A stretch of 64,000 nucleotides of DNA from assembly GCA_964016885.1 (NCBI GenBank), contig OZ024742.1, forward strand, positions 335,544,001 through 335,608,000, in the 5' to 3' direction. Position numbers and translations under genes: made by a program. Each line of letters starts with the position of its first letter. Positions within the stretch are counted from its first letter, which is position 1. Positions 56,661 to 64,000 of the stretch are shown here, piece by piece. The stretch is from Eledone cirrhosa. Its lineage: Eukaryota. Under the pieces are notes generated by a model. It saw nothing but the letters and a program-made list of their open reading frames with translations. It was not told the DNA's origin and did not search any database.

Positions 56661-56844
56661 TAATTGTTTCTACTTTTGGCACAAGGCCAGCAATTATCTC
56701 AGTGTATTACTGCTACTTTATTTTATCGACCCTGTAAGGATGAAAGGCAAAGTTAACCTCGGCGGGATTTGAACTCAGACCATAAAGGGCCGTAACTCTT
56801 TGCTGCAAAGTATGGCATCAGACCCTCTACCGATACTGGCAATC
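56661..56844 (-). mobile_element. SINE (same family as 22692-23022)
   Basis: TTTATCGACCCTGTAAGGATGAAAGGCAAAGTTAACCTCGGCGGGATTTGAACTC. Confidence 0.82.
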
Positions 56845-57299
56845 CATATATAAATTAATGATTTTATCTATTATGTATCATTTATAATTTGCGTGTTAGC
56901 AGGTCTCTCCGGAAATAGGGGTGGGGCGCTGAGGGTATAATGGGGCCGTGAGTGGGGAGGTGGCCCCAAAAGTTTGAGAACCTCTGATCTAAGGTGACAT
57001 ACAATGGGATCAAACGTCGAATCTTGTCCTTGTAAAAACGTCTCCCGTATAAGGGTTGTCGTCATCGAGAGCTCTGTTGGGTCATTATATCTGTTGCCAG
57101 CTATCCACGTCTGAAGCATATTGAAATTTGAGTCTTGCAGCTTTACTGTGTGACAAGAGAAAGGGCAGCATGACATGAAACGATGTTTGCTCAGTAGCTA
57201 AAAATCTTCAGCTAACATCTGTATGTGTGTGTGTGTGATGCTTTCTATGAAGGGCAGACCTGTAAACTCTGCTCGTCCGTCAGGTGAGAGATGCCTTCC

Positions 57300-57990
57300 C
57301 TTGTGAAAATGGGTATAGCTTTCATTATGTAAAATCTTCCCACTCTGCCTCATTTCTCCCTGTTTTGGGGCGCTTTTTTCATGGTACTCTCCGTTTGGAT
57401 TTTTAGAGGTTGGCAGGGCTAGAAGGGTGATATGAAACTAAGCAATGTGGGTTTAATAACTGAGAATTTTCAGCTATGTAATGGAATGAATGACATGGGC
57501 CTTTTGAGGCCTTGGTTACCAACCTGTGTATAATGCTTTCTATGAAAAGATGCAGCAGCAATACCTCAAAGCACAGGTAGATACTCAGTTGTTGTAGGAT
57601 GAAGACATCTGTTGATGAGCCGTAAGTGTTGTTTAGGGATGTATTTAGCTTCTACGTATGGGAGCTCCTGCTACATGCAGGGAAGTTGTACTCTGCAGCA
57701 GCCCTTAGACTAAGGCTAGGGCACTGGTACCTTGGATGAGATGTACTAACACCCATGATGAGTTTGCTAAATGGCATCGAAGGTTGTTTGTAGCAAACAT
57801 CTCTGCATGTAAGAACTCAAGGTGCTGCCTTTACGTCAGCTGTCAGTCCAATTTCACTTTGAGATATGTTGGTGTGGTGTTATATGAGAGGGATGAGCTG
57901 TCACGGCCACTGAGCTGATGAGTGACCTTGGTATTCAGGTGGAATGTCATTGCAGTTGTCTTTGCCATGCTCACTTTCAGTCTCACAGCC
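57300..57990 (-). mobile_element. Ancient Ingi/Vingi-like LINE RT C-terminal fragment
   Basis: Hand translation across frameshifts: KTTAMTFHLN…TPTYLKVKLD.QLT.RQHL…AAEYNFPACSRSSH…LNN…CLHPTTTEYLPVL.GIA. Confidence 0.65.
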
Positions 57991-58149
57991 TCAATATATA
58001 TATTAAATATACTTCACTGAGAAGATCTAATAAGATCTAATAAGCATGTCTGCTGCTTCCACAAAGATGGTTTATAAACACGGACCATAGCCATTGTATT
58101 GTCATAGAATGTTCACAAATTTAGTTTATAAATAAGGATCTCAGTCACT

Positions 58150-58780
58150 GTCATCATCATTATCACTGTTTTATGTCCATTCTTTCATGCTAGCATGGGT
58201 TAGACGAGTTGTCCTGTTGTGGGCAATGCCAGGTCAGGTGACCATGTCTTGCTCATACAGAACTGATTTTGCCTTGGTTTCTACAGCTGGATGCCCTTTC
58301 TAGTGCCAACCTCATTTACAGTGAGTACTGGGTGCTTTTTATCGTGGTGCCTACACGACCACTTTACAGTGTGGACTGGGTGTTTTTTATTGTGACACCT
58401 CCACAACCACTTTACAGTGGGAGGGGATAGGGGCATACTGTCTATATGCTTCAGCTTCAGCTTGTACCCGTGGGAAGTTGGGTCTTCTGTATTACTGTGT
58501 GACGCCAGAGATCTCGGTTCTGTGTCATCGCTTTTGAGATGTGCAATTGGGCAAGATCAGCTTTTATCACCTCATCCCAGGTCTTCTTGGGTCTCCCCAC
58601 TCCAAGGCTTCCATCGACTTTGAGCGCTCTGCACCTTTTTTTACTAGAGAGGAGATTGCGTTGGTATGGTCATGTGATATGTATGAAGGACAAGTGGAGA
58701 GATGCTGTGCTGAATAGGACCCATCCCACCCTTGCAAACAGGGAAAAGCGGACGTAAAATGATGATGATGATGATGATAT
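58150..58780. mobile_element. Two back-to-back RTE 3' fragments (minus, then plus)
   Basis: (CAT)n tail at ~58152. The orientation switches at ~58640 to LLERRLRWYGHV and a (GAT)n tail at ~58760. Confidence 0.8.
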
Positions 58781-58989
58781 ATATATATATATCAGGATAG
58801 AGGTGGTAAAAACCAGTTAGACCATTTCTCACCAGAATACTCAATACTTGGGGTAGTTGAGTGGGTAATAGGAAAAATTTAGGACCCCAACGGCTGAGCT
58901 CCTGTCGTTTCAACAGCTAGATCTGAGCAGGAGCTCACCTATCAGGGTCCCAAATTTTTCTTATATATATATAATGATCATCTTCATGG

Positions 58990-59470
58990 TCCCTTAACCC
59001 TTTATGGGGTTATTGGGGCACTGTACTGTTGAACATTGCACCAACAGTCATTGGCCAGTATTGTGGAAAAGTTCTTTCCTGTCCACTCAGCTATGTTATC
59101 AGTCCACCACTTCCTCTGTCTGCCTCACTTTCTCTTCCCCCGCACTGTTCCCTGGAGAATCATCTTTGCGAGTCTGATCTTGTTACATGTCCATACCACC
59201 TCAGCTTCCTCCTCTTCACAGTGGGCAGCAGATCTTCAAAGTCACTCACATGTTGGGTGATTCTTTTGCGGACTTCCTCGTTCAGGATCTGCTCTGTGTA
59301 GGAGATTCCCAGGATTCTCCAAAAGCATCTCATCACCTCTGCTTGGATCTTCCTTTACAGTTCCACAGTTAGGGTCCATGACTCACGTGCATATAGGAAA
59401 ATGAACATGACCAACACACACAGTAATTTTATTTTGTACTTGAGTGATGTTTTTATCTCTCCAGAATGGT
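58990..59470 (-). mobile_element. LINE (RTE-like, different subfamily) 3' fragment
   Basis: TVKRRKLRWYGHVTR…ILQGTVRG…GRQRKWWTDNIAEWTG by hand translation. Confidence 0.7.
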
Positions 59471-59489
59471 TTCAGTTTAGCAAGTGCTG

Positions 59490-60135
59490 TGGCTGTCCCA
59501 AATGCAAAGTATTGGTGCATAAAAGATGTAGTGGGATCACAGGTAAGCTAACCAAGAACGTAGATTTTATATGTGGCAAGTGCTCAGGTGCAATAAGTAG
59601 CAAGTGCCCACAGGATACTAGCTCCTTCTATTGCCCAGATGGCTCTATAGAAATAGTGGACACCTTCCGTTACCTGGGTGACAAAATCAGCAGTGGTGGA
59701 GGGTGCTCTGAAAGTACAGTAGCCAGAATCAGAACGGGATGGAAAAAGTTCAGAGAGCTTATACCACTATTGGCCGCTAAAGGTTTCTCTCTAAAAATGA
59801 AAGGCAGGCTGTATGATGCCTACATATGAACAGCTATGTTACATGGCAGTGAGACATGGGCATTGTGTGCAGAGGATCTGTGCAAACTGGAGAGGAACGA
59901 AGCATGCATGCTCCGTGGATGTGTAATAGTAATATACGTGAACGGCAAAGCATAAATGAACTAAGTGAGAAATTAGGAATAAGAGGGATCAGATGCTGTT
60001 TACTTGAGAGAAGACTACGTTGGTATGGTCACGTGATGCACATGAAAGATGACAGTTGTATAAAAAAGTGCAGGGCGATCAAAATTGATGGTAGTTATGG
60101 AGTAGGCAGACCCAGAAAAACATGGGACGATTTGA
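59490..60135 (+). mobile_element. RTE LINE fragment (PHD-like Cys cluster and RT thumb)
   Basis: CPKCKVLVHKRCSG…FICGKC, YLGDKISSGGG, GWKKFREL, ERRLRWYGHV, GRPRKTWD. Confidence 0.88.
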
Positions 60136-60520
60136 TTTCTAAGGGTCTCGTTTTTTTCTCTTCTTTCTATCATATATAAAAAACCCAAATACATATATAT
60201 ATATGTGTCAAAATCTTTCCCTCTGTCTATCTCTTTCCCTCTCTCTCTATCTTTTGCCATAAAAACGATAATGATAATCAATTCAATTAAGAAATATATA
60301 TATATATATTTATTATTAGTATTATTATTAAAATTAAATACCATTTATTCTGCGGCAGAGAGCTTCATCTTCTCCATCATTCGCTCCTCCAGAATCGTAG
60401 TACTCGTCGTTATTGTATGTGTGTGTTTCTGCGTATATATATATATATATGGTGTGTATATGCATATATGTTTGCGATCGCCACTCTCGCCCTTCGTGAG
60501 GAGAATGCTGTGTACGTATG

Positions 60521-60554
<34 letters not shown>

Positions 60555-61054
60555 CTTGGAATATTTACCAATGGTTGGTATATCGATGAACCTCTGATAG
60601 GCTTATACAGAATTAATGGATCTCGTATCGGTTCCTTTCGTTCGATCACCAAGAACTACCCACACATTTGAATTTATAATGTAAATGGTTAAATGTTTCA
60701 CAAACACTTGTACTCCCTTACTTTAACATACCCCTCCCCCATATACACATACTATGTGGGCAGTCAGTTTGCTAGAAATAACAGCCAATTCTTTCCACTC
60801 ACCTTTAAAAAAATATTAAGAAAGAACACGATGTCCGATAATGTACGTATTAGATACACCTAAAACGACGGGATGGTCGTGGCTGGAATACCGTTGATCA
60901 TAATGGAATTCTGTGGTTTAGTCAAGGTTGACCTAGGGCTAAACAACAACAATAACGTAATCCCCAAGCAGAATCTATAAACAGATTAAAAAACAGCTTG
61001 TAAAAAAAAATGATATTTATCTGATAAAGCAGCTAGTATTGATATACAACAGGG

Positions 61055-61117
<63 letters not shown>

Positions 61118-61681
61118 TATATATATATACACTGTTGGTTGCTGATGTGTATTGAATTATGATGACAGACTTGTCGAGCATGAAATTAACCAGGTTCTTG
61201 TTTGAGAAAATGTATCGTTGCAGGTTTTACCTTTGCCCCTCAGGTGAAGGGCCTTACTATCATGGAACGGGAATATTGTGATGGGACCCGACTTTTCCCC
61301 TCCCCCTCGGTCTAGCCCCGCAGGTACAGTCGAGTCCGCTAGAGTATACCCTCGGGAATGAAAAATAGTATACTTTTAACCGGACTAAGTAAAAATATTC
61401 CATAGTATTATTATTTTGAGTCTTTCAATGATTAATAATCGCTTTATTATCGTTTAAAATGCAAGTCAACAAAACTCTCTTGCAACATTGTAGAGTGAAT
61501 GTAAAATTTTATAAGCTTCAGCTTTGAGAAACTACTCTCACCATTTTCCATCGATAGTGGAAGTGTGAAAAGGATGTTCAATGCAATAGCATCATTTGAG
61601 TGATATAAAAAATTTTCCCGATTTTAGAATTATTCCAGTTTATCATTTTTCCGAACTTACAAGGAAAAAATACGTATATAC

Positions 61682-61877
61682 GAGAAAAATGGCGCCAAAC
61701 GTTTCCTTTTGAAAGAATAATGTGATTTGTCACGTGATTATGTTCACGTGATATTACCTCTAAATATGTGTATACGTATATACGTATACACATATTTAGA
61801 GGTAATATCACGTGAACACAATCACGTGACAAATCACATTATTCTTTCAAAAGGAAACGTTTGGCGCCATTTTTCTC
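61682..61877. promoter_or_regulatory. 196-bp spacerless palindrome; putative symmetric bidirectional promoter
   Basis: 97 of 98 positions pair. Four TCACGTGA E-boxes. YY1-like GGCGCCATTTT at each end, pointing outward. GTAAGT donors at 61929 (+) and 61660 (-). The palindrome is certain; the promoter role is inferred. Confidence 0.55.
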
Positions 61878-62353
61878 CAGAGAACGCAGGAGAAATGAAG
61901 AAACAGTAAATGGAAAGATAAGAAAACGGTAAGTAATATCAAATAATTATTAAAAACGTTACAGGAGTCGAGTCGCATTACAAGAATAATTAAGTTTCAT
62001 ACATACATATATATATGTGTGTATGTATGTATATATATGTTTTATCTGATGAAAGCGGTGGCCCATGAAATATGTATAAAATAAATAGGGTTTTATAAAT
62101 ATAGTTTCCATTTATTAATATATTGTATATATGTATGTATGTATGTAAAACAAAAAAAATATCAGCAATTAAATGTATTAAACTTCTGTAATACTTTTGA
62201 AAATTTACATTGAGCCTTTTCTCCTTCCGGCTAGTACTTAGTACTACCATCCATATTTATAATCATATATAAGTATAAATATTATTATTATTACTATGTA
62301 TGTATATGTATATGTATAATATAAGATCAAAAGATGGTTAAAAGAGTTCCATG

Positions 62354-62424
62354 TATTTTATTGTGCGCATTTCAAAAACAAATATCATCATGCGATAACA
62401 TTTGCGTTTTCGTCAGATAAAATA
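62354..62424 (-). ncRNA. Hammerhead ribozyme motif with one core substitution (U16.1 to C)
   Basis: Stem I UAUUUUAU/AUAAAAUA; CUGACGA; 11-bp stem II CAAAUGUUAUC/GAUGAUAUUUG; GAAA; palindromic UGCGCA; then CA instead of UH. Confidence 0.6.
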
Positions 62425-62758
62425 GGGAGACATGATATGAAGGTTAAAAAACACTTGTGAATAGTGAAGTTTTAAATCAACATATGAAAAGTAATTTAAG
62501 ATTGATATGTGATATTGGGAAAAAAATGAGGGGGGGGGGGGGTGGAAAGGATGAAAAAGAGGAGGAGATGCGAGTAAAGAATGGTGGGGGAGGAGTATAA
62601 TAAGGAAGGATGAGATAGGAGGAGAGATGGGTAATAGAAAGAGTGAGATAGCTTTCATAACTGAGAAAAATATATTGTTTTACAGAGAGAGGTTAAAAAG
62701 TCGTTGGAAGATAATATAAAAATTAAAAGAATTTGAAAATTAATGAAGAGAAAAAATT

Positions 62759-63977
62759 AAGAATAATGTTAAATTAACGTTTGTATATTGAAGGGTTTAA
62801 TAATATGTGCGATGAAAAGAAATTGTTAATATGTATTAAGAATAATATTAAATTAAGGTTTGAATATTGAAGGGTTTAATAATATGTGCGATGGAAAGAA
62901 ATTGTTAATATGTATTACGAATAATATTAAATTAAGCTTTGAATATTTCTTTGAATTTCTTTTCATCGCACATATTATTAAACCCTTCAATATTCAAACC
63001 TTAATTTAATATTATTCTTAATACATATTAACAATTTCTTTTCATCGCACATATTATTAAACCCTTCAATATTCAAACCTTAATTTAATATTATTCTTAA
63101 TACATATTAACAATTTCTTTTCATCGCACATATTATTAAACCCTTCAATATTCAAACCTTAATTTAATATTATTCTTAATACATATTAACAATTTCTTTT
63201 CATCGCACATATTATTAAACCCTTCAATATTCAAACCTTAATTTAACATTATTCTTAATTCATATTAACAATTTCTTTTCATCGCACATATTATTAAACC
63301 CTTCAATATACAAACCTTAATTTAACATTATTCTTAATACATATTAACAATTTCTTTTCATCGCACATATTATTAAACCCTTCAATATCCAAAGCTTAAT
63401 TTAATATTATTCTTAATACATATTAACAATTTCTTTTCATCGCACATATTATTAAACCCTTCAATATTCAAAGCTTAATTTAACATTATTCTTAATTCAT
63501 ATTAACAATTTCTTTTCATCGCACATATTATTAAACCCTTCAATATACAAACCTTAATTTAACATTATTCTTAATTCATATTAACAATTTCTTTTCATCG
63601 CACATATTATTAAACCCTTCAATATTCAAAGCTTAATTTAACATTATTCTTAATACATATTAACAATTTCTTTTCATCGCACATATTATTAAACCCTTCA
63701 ATATACAAACCTTAATTTAACATTATTCTTAATTCATATTAACAATTTCTTTTCATCGCACATATTATTAAACCCTTCAATATTCAAAGCTTAATTTAAT
63801 ATTATTCTTAATTCATATTAACAATTTCTTTTTATCGCACATATTATTAAACCCTTCAATATTCAAAGCTTAATTTAATATTATTCTTAATTCATATTAA
63901 CAATTTCTTTTCATCGCACATATTATTAAACCCTTCAATATTCAAAGCTTAATTTAACATTATTCTTAATTCATATT
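62759..63977. repeat. 79-bp AT-rich satellite: ~2.4 copies in one orientation, then ~13 inverted copies
   Basis: CATCGCACA recurs every 79 bp (62964, 63043…). 62759-62946 is the reverse complement of the unit. Confidence 0.93.
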
Positions 63978-64000
63978 GTTATGTATTCTTGTGGGTCTTG

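Noticed and set aside
56960-56990. hAT-like terminus (minus strand CAGAGGTTCTCAAAC)
   Set aside because: Single short end without a partner TIR or target duplication.

Overview
AT-rich, repeat-dominated animal genomic DNA. It is probably cephalopod (Octopus-like); this is inferred from the CDICGKSFS…HTGEKPYH zinc-finger arrays, the RTE/SINE families and the abundant (TA)n tracts, not from a database match. No intact host protein-coding gene is evident, and most ORFs in the track are repeat artefacts. From left to right the window holds: a >12-kb satellite built from an 88-bp Tc1/mariner-like TIR hairpin unit separated by (TA)n, with a ~3.74-kb higher-order repeat; a near full-length Tx1-clade L1-like retrotransposon (minus strand) between microsatellites; a ~1.6-kb triplicated segment; a Penelope-like (GIY-YIG) element; a (GTTAGT)n-derived satellite; a decayed RTE-BovB-type LINE; an inverted pair of Penelope-type pseudo-LTRs; nested RTE LINEs; two tandem C2H2 zinc-finger pseudogenes; many SINE and LINE fragments; a 196-bp near-perfect palindrome resembling a symmetric bidirectional promoter; and a 79-bp satellite with an inversion. 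The most notable signal missed by the ORF track is a set of at least 6 canonical and several variant minimal type I hammerhead ribozyme motifs, from at least 5 distinct sequence families, all in short pseudo-LTR-like modules that mostly abut (TA)n. Coordinates were read by eye and may be off by a few bases.
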